A stretch of 64,000 nt of DNA. It comes from Mobula hypostoma. Taxonomy: Eukaryota. Where the stretch lies: the NCBI RefSeq assembly GCF_963921235.1, contig NC_086109.1:30754001-30818000 (forward strand). Direction: 5' to 3'. This document shows, one piece after another, positions 39,404 to 52,017 of this stretch; position 1 is the stretch's first letter; every line of letters begins with the position of its first letter. The notes below the pieces were generated by a model that had not been told where the DNA came from, did no database searches, and saw nothing but the letters and a program-made list of their open reading frames with translations. A program made the position numbers and the translations under genes.

Positions 39404-39849
39404 ACATATGATTCTGGCTTGGATATATTTTGTTCTTCCTCCTTTGTTTTCAGATGAATCTTCTGGAATTACCTACCTAGTAGTATCATAAAGTATATTC
39501 AATGCAGCAATTTAAACAGGTGGCTCAGCCGTTAACCTTCTCAAAGACAACTTTTCTAGCACCTAAACAGATTACGTTCCAAATAACAGGGATAAAACTG
39601 GATCATTTGTGATCCATTAGTCACTGGAAAGTGACAGCAGTTTAACTCCATGTAAATGGCAACGTGGCACTGAAACGTATTGCTATTGCACCATAATAAA
39701 GTATAGAAATGTTGGTTTAGCATCGTGGTTACACATCGCACAGAAAACTTCTCAATGTCTTTCAGGCATTTTCCTTACCTCAAATGGTTTGGAAGTTTTA
39801 CTAGCTTTACTTTCGGAGTATGATGCACAATTGGGTTAATAACAGTTTG

Positions 39850-42800
39850 GTTGTTTTTTTGTGGATGGGGGGTATTCATGTGGCGCAGCTTTCACCGTTC
39901 AAGTAGTTGGAGTTTACACGTATGAGTGTAGTAAGGCGCGATGTCAGAAATCTTTATGTCCTAATGTTGATGCATTTTCACGCAGGCAGGCAGCACTGAG
40001 GGCAAATCCCAGTCTGCCGAACTTTACTGGTGCTCTTTATATTGAATTAAGCGATTATTTATATTTAATGGGATGCAAATTCTGCTTTATCTCCACGAAA
40101 GTCTTTTCTTAAAAATGGAACAGGTAGAAAACACTCACCACCGCCACCTTGTGGCCAGTAGGCAATCGTTGAACTGAACACATCGGCGTATAGCTTTGTA
40201 TCTTTGAAATAGAAGTTGAGTTTATAATTCAGTCCATTTTTCCTAGCATATACGAGTACTATATCCAATGTTGGTGGGTAATAATAGAAATATCGCAGAA
40301 CGCGATTATGTAACAACCCGCATTCTTGGCGCATCAATTATTAGCTGATGTCTGGTGGCAGAACCCACAGTCGTATTCGAAAGTGAATGAGAGCTCTATC
40401 CATTTCAGCACTATTTGTTTGAATGGAAAGTCGCTGTGGTGGCAATAATGTCTATCTGATGTCCGATTAACTTTCGGATTGATGCTCCGCAAATTGGTGG
40501 AGGCAGTAGCATCAGTCATAGCGACTAGGAGCTATCTGTCATTCTCCCTTTCAATGGCATTTCTTTGCAATTTGCGGGTCGGTTTCCATATTGATCTGTA
40601 CCTGCATTCATGATTGCACCATCGTTATATTCTAATTTTCCTAACATTTTATAAATATCCTCTTATCGACGTAAACCCAGTAGCAAGTCAATGTTCCGTA
40701 TCACTTCCTTTCTCACGCACAGCATTTTCCGTATTTTGTTGGGATTCCGAGAATGGGGTTTTCAATTGGCTAGATTGAAGACTAAAGGGGAATCATAATT
40801 AACTGCTTGATTTTATAAACAACAAAGATCAAACTCATGATGAATTTAAGGGAGTTCCACTGGATATCTATCCATGCCCACTTTATGCAGTTCCTGGCTT
40901 CCAAACACCGCGGTAAATGTAGCGTTACATGGAGCGTATGCCCAGTGAAAGGTACTTAAAACTAAACAGGCTGATAATTAGAGTCGGTCGATAACAGTCT
41001 TAGTTGTGGGGAAATGTCTTGGCTACGCAGAGTGCGAATGTGAATGGTGCTTTCAGAGGGTTGATGCCGCTAATAGATCGATTCATTGTCACCTTTTTAA
41101 TTAAAAACCTTGAAATATGTTCAGCCAGATTATGCCACAGAGTGTTGGCTTCTTACAAAGGAACGCTTTTTGAGCCTGCACTGTTCATTTCGGACATTGT
41201 TAACAATATTTGTGTGCACTGTTGTGAAGGTATTTATACACCGGAGCTGAACACTTCCCCGCCTTGCTCCTTATATATGCAGACAGAGAACAGATAGATT
41301 TCGCAAATTCCTCTCGGCTCTCTGATACCCTGGATAAACTCAAACGTCAGAATATTTTCACTGCATAAAACTAAAGCACATATTTTAAAATACAGTATTT
41401 CTGATCTACCTAATGTTCCATTACTCAATAAGTTACTCCATTCAAAGAAAGACATCGATAAAAGCATATAAATAGTTTTAACTGTGGTGCTATAGATTGG
41501 CGCCCCGTGATAATTGACGATCGAGGTTGATATCTTAAAAGGGGTCAGTCCTAACAACAAAAGAACGACTTCTGATGTAGTTGAAAAGAATGAAATTTAT
41601 GGCAGAGAATGTGAACTGTATAGTACGACACGATCTCAACACCTAATAGATGTAATTTTATCGAGTGTTTGTACTGAAGTTTAATGAAAAAGTCAAGTTT
41701 TACATTACCTTTGTGAGACCTATTTAAATGATTATGAAATTTACATCTTTCAGTTTAAAATGGTCCGTTTCCGAGACCTCTTTAGAAAAAAAACACACAC
41801 ACACTTGGCAGTTCGTCGGAGGAAGTATTTGTTAAGTTTAACGTTATAAAAATAGCTGGACTGGTATAACATGATTCATGGCGGCTGTTAAGGAACAATA
41901 AGCGAACGGGAGCACTTTGCTCGTCACGCCGCTGACTGGGCTACCTTAAAAACACAATCTGCAGCAGAGATGTATTTGTGCATCACGCGTTACACAAACT
42001 TTTCTCCCCGCTCCATAAAGAAAAAAAGCTAACCTCGCCAGCGTGAATATTTTAATGACACGCCAGTCAGTAAATTAAACACCCTTGACTTATTTATGTG
42101 CCGATCGCAGCACTAGCAGGGTTAATTACGCGCTGTTGCATATCTGGATAATTACAACAGGCGATCAATAGACGCTGCCAAGCAGTGACTAGCTGCAGTT
42201 GGAGACCTCATTGCTGCAGGGTTCAAGTAGAATGTGGTTCTTATAGCGTGGAAGAGGAGAAAGGGCAGCGATCGGGGCTTTTACAACCCAGATGCACATC
42301 GCGCCCCGTGGATCTCCTGGTGTGCGCTTAGTGGATTCGCGCGATCGGTGACAGTCCAGACTGGAGATTTACACAGGTGCCTTGTTTTTGGATTAGTGTT
42401 GTGTCTTTTTTCTCTCACTGAAATCGATAGCGACTTCTGGGGCTTGAATGTGGAGAGAGGATCTGCATGTGTGGTCTTGGTGCAGATGAGACGCACAGAA
42501 GCTGAGCTCTGAAGCCGGGAGATCCGAACATGCTGCCGGCCTGGAGGGGGCTCTGCACTGGGGCAGGAGCAGCCCTTTGCTGCCTCCTCGTCTGGATCAT
42601 CTACTCGCACTTAGTCAAAGAAGGTAAATGGTTGCCTACCGTGATAAATAGCACTGCAATATTCTGTCACACCTTTCCTTAAAGCTAGCCCGATAAACTT
42701 CAAGTGCTAGATACCGAGGAGGATTGCCGCCAATTACATTCTGTTCCTCATGTTTCTTCCAACAACCCCTGATTTCAGATGCCTTTACTGTGTAATATTT

Positions 42801-44700
42801 GGGCATGGAACTGATATCACAACCATGCCAAACGGCTTTGATTATTGAGATGAATATACATCCTGCAGCGAAAAATGTTTAGACACCTATACACGCCTGC
42901 GTAATTACAATAAATATGTACGCATTTTCTGGTGCGTACATGGGGACGACGGCATCTATTCGGCACCGTGGTTACATGTCAGTAACTAAACACACTCATG
43001 TACTCCAGCGGATTTAACCAGTGAAATAGGTGTGTTATGATAGGGCACCAGTACGTTTAATTCCGCACGGTCGCTGTCAGATGTTAAATTGGGGAATAAG
43101 ACCTAGAAATTACTCCAGCAGAACTCTCTGTCTGTTTTTCGGGAATGCTGCGAGACTTTCAAAAGCTAGCGGTGTTGAATCGTGGGCCTGACGCCTCCCA
43201 AACCGTGGCACACAACTTGTGGGCCAGTATCTGAAAATGACTGGTAGGTTAGACAGGTGAACGAGAGGGCTGCCGGCGCAAGGCTGCCTCCGCACACGTC
43301 AGGACAGACCGCACGTTATTGTTCGCGTGTATGACCGCAAACGGACGGCAAAGTTTGACAGAATTATCGCGAAAGCACCATTTACTGGGCGTTACTGCCC
43401 CCACCCCCGATTCCTAACCGCTCTAACACATAGATTATAAAGGAACGGTGCCGGGGGGCGCTGGCAGCTTGCAGCAGCAAACTTAGCATTCAGCAGGAAA
43501 TAAGAGCAATTTGTCCTGTCAAGCCGATACACAAACAGGCAACCACCTGTGTCCCGTGAATGTGTGCCAGGCTGTGCAAAGCGTGTTCATAGGTCTAATC
43601 TTGTTGCCTGAACCAGGTTTTCAGGTCCATTTGCCAATTTGCTCTATATGACATGACTGTTGGGCACAACTTAATTCCAGTTTTTTCAAACTCCTATTGC
43701 TGAAGCTTGGGGTAAGGGGGGTTTCTGTTCGAAACACTTTTTTAAACATCCTGAAAGTTTTCAGACTATACATAAATATAAACCAGGTATGCTTGATTAA
43801 ATCAAATTACATTTATTTGCTCTAGGATGGACATATACAATTAAATTGAGCTCCACGATAATGCTCTCTGCCCCTTGGGTTGAAGCAGATAAGTTTTCGC
43901 TAGTGTGGCGGAATGAATACCCGTAACTATTCGTAACAAGGAAATGCTCGCGAAAACCTATTAAATATATGGTCAATAGATGTATTTCGAAAAGAATTGG
44001 CGGTTCTGTCGTACAGAGCAAAGCAGTCTGAAATTGGCAGAAGGAATTTCTATTATAATAAATACTAGCCAACTCGGGATTCTCATCTAAATCCTATGGA
44101 GAATCCCTTCACTTTCTCAACAGGATGCAGCTGTGTAAAAGGCTGAACGTCCTTATCATGTACGCATTATTATTGCTAAATGGATCGAATATGAACAACG
44201 GCAGAAGGGAAATGACAGTAATGGCCGTTTCGTAGTTTCTCCGATCGCCACACTCAGTTTTCCACGGAGAGCGCCTGCAGCAACCGTTTGGACTACCGTA
44301 ATGCTATTTTGAACTGGTCAGTAGAGGGTGCACAAAGCAATGGGTTACCAGTCGAACCGTGTCTTCTCCAACCTAGATTATCACCTCTAGTCAGTAGGTG
44401 CTGTGGTGATGGTATCAAATCGGAAATCCACTGAGTACTGAACTAATTAAAGCTCAAATATGCAACATTCTCTCTGTCTCCTCTATCTTCGTTCTCTATG
44501 AACTGTAAAATAGTTGCCAATTAAGGAAAAAAAAGTCCTTTATTAATGGAAATGTTAAGCTATACGACAGACTTTTCCAAATAAGCCACCTGAAACTTTC
44601 TGCAATTTGTCGTAGCGCAAAGCCTTAAATGGGTGACAAATCCTTAAATGGGTGACGGCATTCATCGTCCAAAACCGTCCTGTATTAAGTTGCATACCTC
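39850..44700. promoter_or_regulatory. CpG-retaining region (promoter/first exon/first intron of the plus-strand gene)
   Basis: Repeat-poor unique sequence with many CpGs, peaking around 41900-42620 and 43000-43480. Confidence 0.6.
42530..42623 (+). CDS. First coding exon of a secreted or type II membrane protein (signal peptide/anchor)
   Basis: aacATG (A at -3); MLPAWRGLCTGAGAALCCLLVWIIYSHLVKE + 1 nt; hydrophobic core; AAG|GTAAAT donor in phase 1; lies in a CpG-rich region. Gene not recognised and no downstream exon identified. Confidence 0.65.
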
Positions 44701-45252
44701 TTTTAATAGTGAAAGCTGAAATATTCACAAACCCGAAGTTGCTTCTCCAGACTGAAACTTTCTACTTTCAGAGATGCTGTTTCATCTTTTTGTAACGATT
44801 TTTCTTCATCATCTAGGGGAAAAAAGCATCCGTTAGCTTGAGACAAAGCCACCCCATGTCTGGGTTAGTATTTCTGTCTCTCCGGATGCAGCCCTTATTG
44901 GTTTTGATTCTTAGGAGCCTTTTATCAGGCTGTGGCATTGGTCCTGTGTAAGGTTATAACCACTTCAGATTACTTCTGACGTCCTTTCTCATGTGGTATT
45001 TTCCCAACAAGAGATGCCCTCCTTCACGATGACCTTGTACAAGTACATGTGAGTCACTACTGCGTTCTGCCTCATCTATTTTTACACTTTATCCTCACTG
45101 TACCTCAAGCGTCCAGCAGTAGAAAGTCATTGGTAATTTGCTCTGGTGCTGTACCACTCTTTTGGCCATTTCAGTTCCTTTTTCCCTTATTTGGATTCCA
45201 GTTTCAGCTGTTTCAAGTTCCTATGCAGAGGTCCTTGTTATCTTTGATTAGA

Positions 45253-45335
45253 GCAGGGTTTCTCAACATGTGGTCCATGGACACCCTGATAATGGTAAGG
45301 CTCCATGGCATAAAACAAGGTTGGGAACCCTTGGG
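45253..45335. mobile_element. Small hAT-like MITE
   Basis: Ends cagggtttctcaac / gttgggaacccttg; second copy at about 57448-57525. Confidence 0.6.
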
Positions 45336-47203
45336 TTAGAGTATTGCAGAGGTAGGCTTTTCTAATTAAGGGTCTCGCTGTAATGATGTCTTCTGCAAAT
45401 TGTTATCCACTATCACACTATTACCAACCTTCCCAATATCCCATGTTAAGTGAAGTGATCGATCAGACTCTGTCCTTGAGGGGGAAAAATCTCACAAATT
45501 CTCACTGATCCTTGATCTCTCTCCGTTCATTCATGGCTAGTGGATAATTTTATTCTGCTGGACAAAACATTGCAGTTTGGGGGCAATGAACTTTGTGCTT
45601 CTGAAGATCAGGTCATTTTGAGTACACTGTTCAGATGTCACATGGAAGTCTGGTCAGGAACAGGTTTAGCCACAGGTTGTGTTTTTTTCTTTCTGACTGA
45701 ATTACTTAAGGCATTAAATTTTATCAATTTGTCTAATATGCTCCTCATTCTCCAGTATCAGTGACTGAGAGATTGGAATTTCGTCCTGCCAATTTCATTT
45801 TCTCAAACTCAGTGTTCTCATCATTTCTTGTTTTATTAGACAGGGTCACATAGGAGAATTGGCTACAAATTTATATTTGCCCAGCCATCATAAAAACTTT
45901 ATATGTGTCTTTCTCCTCCCAATTGCCCCTTACTTCCCAGCCTTTGTCATTAGATCTACTCTTCCATCCTCTATCAGCCCACCAAACCTCTTTACTTGGA
46001 TTCACCTATTACTAACTTCACTCCCTTTCCCTCATCATTTTACACTGGATATCTGCCCCAGTCCTCTGAGATCAGAGAAGAGTTTCAATCTGAAACATTG
46101 CTCATTTCCTTCCACAGATGCTGCCTGAATCATTAAGCACCTCCAGCATCTTTTTAAACGCAAACAACAGGAATTGTTTGTTTGTGTTTTTATTTGCTCC
46201 CTGTTCCAGCATTTGTATTTTGTACTTCCAATTTCTACAGCCACTTTGGTACTCAGTGGTGCTGCAGGAATTATCTTGAGTGGTTGTGATCTTTGTGCAC
46301 GTATGGAGTTTTCCAATATGTTTATTGGTAAAATATTTGCAGACCAAATATCACAGCCAGTAACTTGTGCACAATGTGTCACTGGAACTGTCAGGACTCT
46401 GCTTGTATTTTCTCCTGGCTGACCCTCCTGCTGTGAGGCTCTTTTCTGAGTCGTCTTCCTGCAGTGTCAGCTCCTTATCAGAGTACTCCATCATGCATTC
46501 TGCTGTGACTAATGCCTATGTTGGAGCAGCTGCTCATGAGTATTTAAGCAGGGCCACTTCACAATCTCATTGGTCAGTTATTTGGCTCACTCAGCTGACT
46601 GAGATGGGACAGGAACATGCTCATGCAATTGATAAAACCAAGTATTGTTCATCTGTAAGTTTTGTTGAGCTCCATATGTACTCTGCTGCCTTGATCATTG
46701 AAGGATATAACTTTGGACCATCTCTTGTGATTATTTGACCCATAATAGAGATTTTTTTTCATATTGAACTTTTTTTTTTCTTGTTCAACTTCATTTGCTT
46801 CTTTCTTTATCTGATCTCCAGGGCTCTCAGTTTGCAGCAATAGTCTAATTTTGCCTGTTCTGTTCATTTATTTTTGAAGGCCAATTTGTCATCCGCCACA
46901 GACTTTCCTGACTGAGTCTTTTAAGCACAGTATGCAGTATCTGTTGAGAAACCCTCCAGAGCTGTGTTGATTCCAAATGGCATTCATTTGGAAAGGTAAC
47001 GTATTAATGGTGAACTTCAAAAGCATTATTGTCCTAGTTCCTAGTTCCGATGAAGGTTCATTGACCGGAAACAATAGTTTTGTTTCTTTTTCCACAGATA
47101 CTCCCTGAATTGCTGAGTACTTCCAGAATCTTTTTTTTGCCTTTGTATTAAATATTAACTCTTTATCGAATGCACATGTCAGAAATTATTAATCAGGTAC
47201 AGT

Positions 47204-48063
47204 AGAGCTACTAGGACTTGATGTTTCAATCCCTACAGTAAGTTGGCACTCTCGATGTTGGCAGTGGGTTTGGAGTGGTGACAAGGAGGAAGGGTAGGTA
47301 CGTCATTGGGGTCATCAGGTGGGCACCCTCCTTCTTTGATGTTTCGTTGATGAGCCCACGACATCTCCAGAGGGCTCAATGGTGCTACCTGGCATCCCAG
47401 ATACACCCCCCTCAGTTCCATACCCTCCTGTCTTCATCTTGCAGCCCAGTTGTTGTCTTTCCTTTTAATCCAAATCCAATTGCTGCTGCTTCTGCTGCAT
47501 TTGACAAGGATTTGATTACTTGTTGGAGGGAGTGACCCCTCACCCCCATCTTCTTCAATAGACTGGTTGTAGATGTAGCAAAGAATCCCCTGCATCCCAC
47601 TTCTACAGGGAAAATCTTGGTCTTCCAGCCATTCTGGGCAACTTCAGTTGCCAGTTCTTGGTCTTTTTCCTCTCATAAGCTTCTTCGACACCATCTTCCC
47701 ATGGTACTGTCAATTCCACAACATATGCCAGCTTGGCTGTTGTGGACGACAGGACCATGTCTGGCCAGAGTGTTGTAGCTGCAATGTCTGGGGGAAACAC
47801 AAGCTTTTTTTTCCCAAGTCCACGTCCATTTTCCAATTCCGAGTAACCTGCAGAATGCTCCCATCTTTTGATGTTATATGGTGCTCTGGAGGTTGGCCTG
47901 CTGGTACAAATCATGTAATGTGGACATTTCCTGCCGATGTTTGTGGGAGAGCATTTGTGATGATTCGCCTCTGTTCCAAGATTGATGCCAGTTGCCTGAG
48001 AACTTGGTTATGCTGCCAAGTGTACCGCCCCTGGGTGAGGCTCGTGGTGCATCCTGTTAAAAT
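47204..48063 (-). mobile_element. HERO-type non-LTR retrotransposon, 5'-truncated (zinc-knuckle end + restriction-like endonuclease + 3' UTR)
   Basis: Reads ILTGCTTSLTQGRYTWQHNQVLRQLA, then FPPDIAATTLWPDMVL..VVELTVPWE..EEAYERKKTK (PD..E RLE motif) and VGCRGF; frameshifted. Confidence 0.88.
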
Positions 48064-49119
48064 TTACAATAATAAAATGCTTCTTTTATGGGTAGCTAAC
48101 ATCCTTGCTCATCATAGGGTCAGGGTCCATTAAGGTCTCTTGGATCAAGGCAAGTTTAAGCTCTCCTCTTGATTTCTCAGCACTTTCCGAATTTATTCAC
48201 AGGAAATAGGCCTCTCAGCTGGGGCTAGAGAGACTGTCTTAGTCAGGCTCTCGTTTCTGCTTTGATTCCACTTGAAAACCACTGGAACATTTCTTGGTGG
48301 ATGATTTGTCTTGGCTTCAGCAAAGTATTTGCTTTCCATTTTTCTGTTCCCTGAAACACATTGCAAATAGATTTGTGAATTGTGCAGCTGAAGTGGATGC
48401 TTGTATTGAATCATCATTTATGATCTTCTCCTGTCTACTTTTGTTAGGCCCAACTGCTGTATGGAACTGCTTCTAAATATAGCTGTGACATTTTTCTGCT
48501 CTCCTCCAATGAAAATCACGTTGTATATCTTTTAATTCTCTCAGTTCATTCCCTTCAAAGATCATCATCCAGTGAGTTTGTACATTGTCATCGCCTTGTA
48601 TGTTGAAATATATTACTCACTGATCCCAGCTGCAACACCTAGTGGGTGGTGGCTTAGTTTGGGAGGACATTAAAAGTTGTCTCAGAATGTTAGCACTTGC
48701 ACAGTTTGGTGTAATTTTATCTAGACTCCTGGATTCCACAAATAAATCTGCTGCTGACAAAGTACTTTAATTCTGCTAAATCACAATTATCTACTCATAA
48801 TCTTAGGCTTGATAAAGCTTCAAAGGATCCCCTCTGCTCCTGGTCACTCATGAATACTGGAAAAGCTCAGCTGTTTTATTTCTAGGGAGGATGCATTGAC
48901 CTATTAATGTAGCTAACGCATTCCCCAGAATTTCATTTGAGGGCTTTCTACTCTGGTATGATTCTTCCTCCACATGACCAGCATTTATTGTTTGTTCTGA
49001 TTTTTCTGCCATAGGCAACACAATAGGTAATTTGAAATCTTTCTTCCCTTCCATTCCTTAGAGAAGTTACTTGTTTTTTAAATTCAATTAATTGGACTGA
49101 TTTATGTTCCTTTGTGAGA

Positions 49120-49287
49120 TCTCTTCCCCCCCCTTCCCCCCCTCTTCCCCCCCTCTTCCCCCCCTCTTCCCCCCCTCTTCCCCCCCTCTTCCCCCCCTCT
49201 TCCCCCCCTCTTCCCCCCCTCTTCCCCCCCTCTTCCTCCCCCCCTCTTCCCCCCTTCCCCCTCCCCCTCTTCCCCCCCTTCCCCCCC
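49120..49287. repeat. Polypyrimidine minisatellite, unit TCTTCCCCCCC (11 bp)
   Basis: About 168 bp of only C/T, with a regular 11-bp period in the centre. Confidence 0.95.
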
Positions 49288-50879
49288 ATATCCACACATT
49301 ATCTCAATTGGGAGGGAGCATGATTAATGTTTGGTATTCAGAATCAGTTCCAGCATTTAAATATGACAATATGCCTCAATTCTTTCTCGTTTACTGTCCA
49401 CAATACTGGAAAATAATTGGTAATTCAGACTAGACTAAAATCATCATATTAGATGGTGCAATGCAAACTGCTGGAGAAGCTCAATAGGTCATAGAATCTG
49501 AGCATAGAAAACTGAAGGGTTATGTAGGAGCGGTGGGGGGGGGGTTACATTGATCTTATCTTTGTTATAAAGTCAACACAATATCATGGGCTGAAGAGAC
49601 TGTACTGTGATGTGGTGTTCTACATTCTAAGCTGGGCAGCATCTGTGGAGTAAAATGGACAGTTATGTTCCAGGATACACATCCATCATCTTGACTGAAA
49701 TGTAGAAGCAGAGCATACTTTTTATGGTTTTCTTTCAAGCAGACTGCTGTTGGAACTTTCTACACATTGTTACAGCTCTGGGCTCAGGTAGTCTTAACTA
49801 AGGAAACAGCAGTAGTGCCTGTTATTCTCCACAACTATTATCACAAATATAGTAGATCCCCCAGTTGTGTTTGTAAACAGTTCATCAATCTGTCATTAAC
49901 CATGTTTGAAGAAGAGAGTTGGTGTGAGCCTGTATTGTAAAATTGAAGTTATAATTGAATTCTGGGAATTCCATTTTAATGTGGTCTTTATTAAAGTTGA
50001 GTGGACATATATCTTGTAGCACAGTCATCTATGATTAAGTATCCCTTAGGTATGGAAATACAGGGTAGACCTTCAAAGACAGCTGACATAAAACCTAGGA
50101 AATGATACTCGAGCTTGGTCTTCAGCTTCGTGTGGGTTTAGAGGAATTATTGAGTGCTTTTGATGAAAATGGGAATTATTGCAGGTTTTGTGAGAGGTAT
50201 TTGACATCATGAAGGGCATACAGAGTGGATAAAGTCTGTTTCCATTGGTGGAAGGTCAGAAAGGAATGGAGATGATTGACAGAGAAATGAAAAGTAATGA
50301 GAGAAGTCTTTTGTATACTGTCAAAAGTTGATGTCTGGAATGCCATCGTGTCATAGAGTAATGCAGCATGGAACAGGCCCCTTTGATCAACTCATCCATG
50401 CTGACAATGGCGCCCACCAGGTTTGTCCTATTTCTCCACATTTGGCCTATATTCTAAACCTCTGCCATGTACTAACGTCATTTAAGTGTTATTGTACCTG
50501 CCTCTGGCAGAGTATTCCATGTGCTCAGTACCCTCTGCATGAAGTTGTTGCCCCTTTCGAATCTTTAACCTCACACCTTAAACCCTATGTGCTCCAATTT
50601 TTAGTTCTCCTTCCCTGATCTCATGTTTACCCTATCGATACCCCTCATGATTTTATGTGCCTCTATATGGTCAAGTGCAAGAAAATTTCAGTCCTGAAGT
50701 GTCTTGGAGGAGCTGCCCCTACAATGGGTAAAAGTAGCAGCAGATTCAATGGTAGCATTCAGGAGAGTGGTCTACCTGAACTGCCATTAAATAAGTTAGT
50801 AAAGACTTGATAGGCTGAATAAGCTTATTCAACTTCATAACCAATTGGTGTTTCGCTGACAATCAAGTAGTGATTAGAT

Positions 50880-51404
50880 AATGCCTCTTCCTGTCCAAGA
50901 CCAAAAGAAGCTGCAGAAGATCATGAACACGGTGCAGCACATTACACAAACCAATCTTCCGTCCGTGGACTCACTCTACACCGCATGTTGTCAGAGCAGT
51001 GCTGCCAAGATAATCAAGGACACGACCCACCCAGCCAACACATTTTTCGTCCTCCTTCCCTCTGGGAGAAGGCTCAGGAGCTTGAAGACTCGTACGGCCA
51101 GATTTGGGAACAGCTTCTTTCCAACTGTGATAAGACTGCTGAACGGATCCTGACCCAGATCTGGGCTGTACCCTCCAAATGTCCGGACCTGCCTCTTGGT
51201 TATTTTGCACTACCTTACTTTCCATTTTTCTATTTTCTATTTATAATTTAATTTTTTTAATATGTACCAATTTTTACTATTTTTACTATTTTGAATATTT
51301 AATATTTGTAATCCAGGGAGCGGGAAATGCATAATCAAATATCGCTGTGATGATTGTACGTTCTAGTATCAATTGTTTGGCGACAATAAAGTATAAAGTA
51401 TAAA
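50880..51404 (+). mobile_element. Rex1/Babar LINE 3' fragment (young)
   Basis: KIIKDTTHPANTFFVLLPSGRRLRSLKTRTARFGNSFFPTVIRLLN; ends aataaa(gtataaa)2. Confidence 0.85.
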
Positions 51405-52017
51405 AGAACTCTTCAAACAAAGTAGGCACAAATCAAGTGAGAGTTGTGAAACCCATCTGCAATTTTGACAGGACTTGTTTTAAATGCTGCTTATTGTAGA
51501 AGAAGAGCTTTTAGGAATGGGGTGGTTTATTTTCCTAGATCTACTGGAGGAGGACTAATTGTAATGACCTGCTGCTGACGACTAGTGTTCAGAGAACTTG
51601 AAAATGGGGGACCAGTGTAGATATGCTTAGGATGGAATGGTGGAACTGATCCACATTTTGTGAAATATTTTGTGCTTCTTGTTTGCTAGCTCTGATGTGA
51701 AAGAGAAATTTAGTCAAATAAAAGTCCATGGCCATTCTATGCTCTGTGCGAGCAAAGTCTGGAATGAATAAAGCCATGGCTATGCATTTCAGCAGATTAA
51801 CTGAAGCAAGAGCAAAAGCACATGGTATTACAGATGCAGTAATACTGTGTGTGTCCTTGATAATGGCATAGATTCCATGGATGGTATAGAAAACTTGGAA
51901 GCTAAGTGCATTCATAAATACAAAATAGAAACTCACAAGTGAATTATTTTGCAATTGAATGGAAACATACAGTAACTTCCCTGTAATAGTGTTTAAAATG
52001 ATGTGTTAAAGTAGCAG

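Noticed and set aside
44623..44656. Direct repeat ccttaaatgggtgac x2 (period 19)
   Set aside because: Only two units; a simple local duplication, not an array.
48948..49433. Gly/Glu/Arg-rich and Pro-rich ORFs
   Set aside because: They are translations of the C/T minisatellite.
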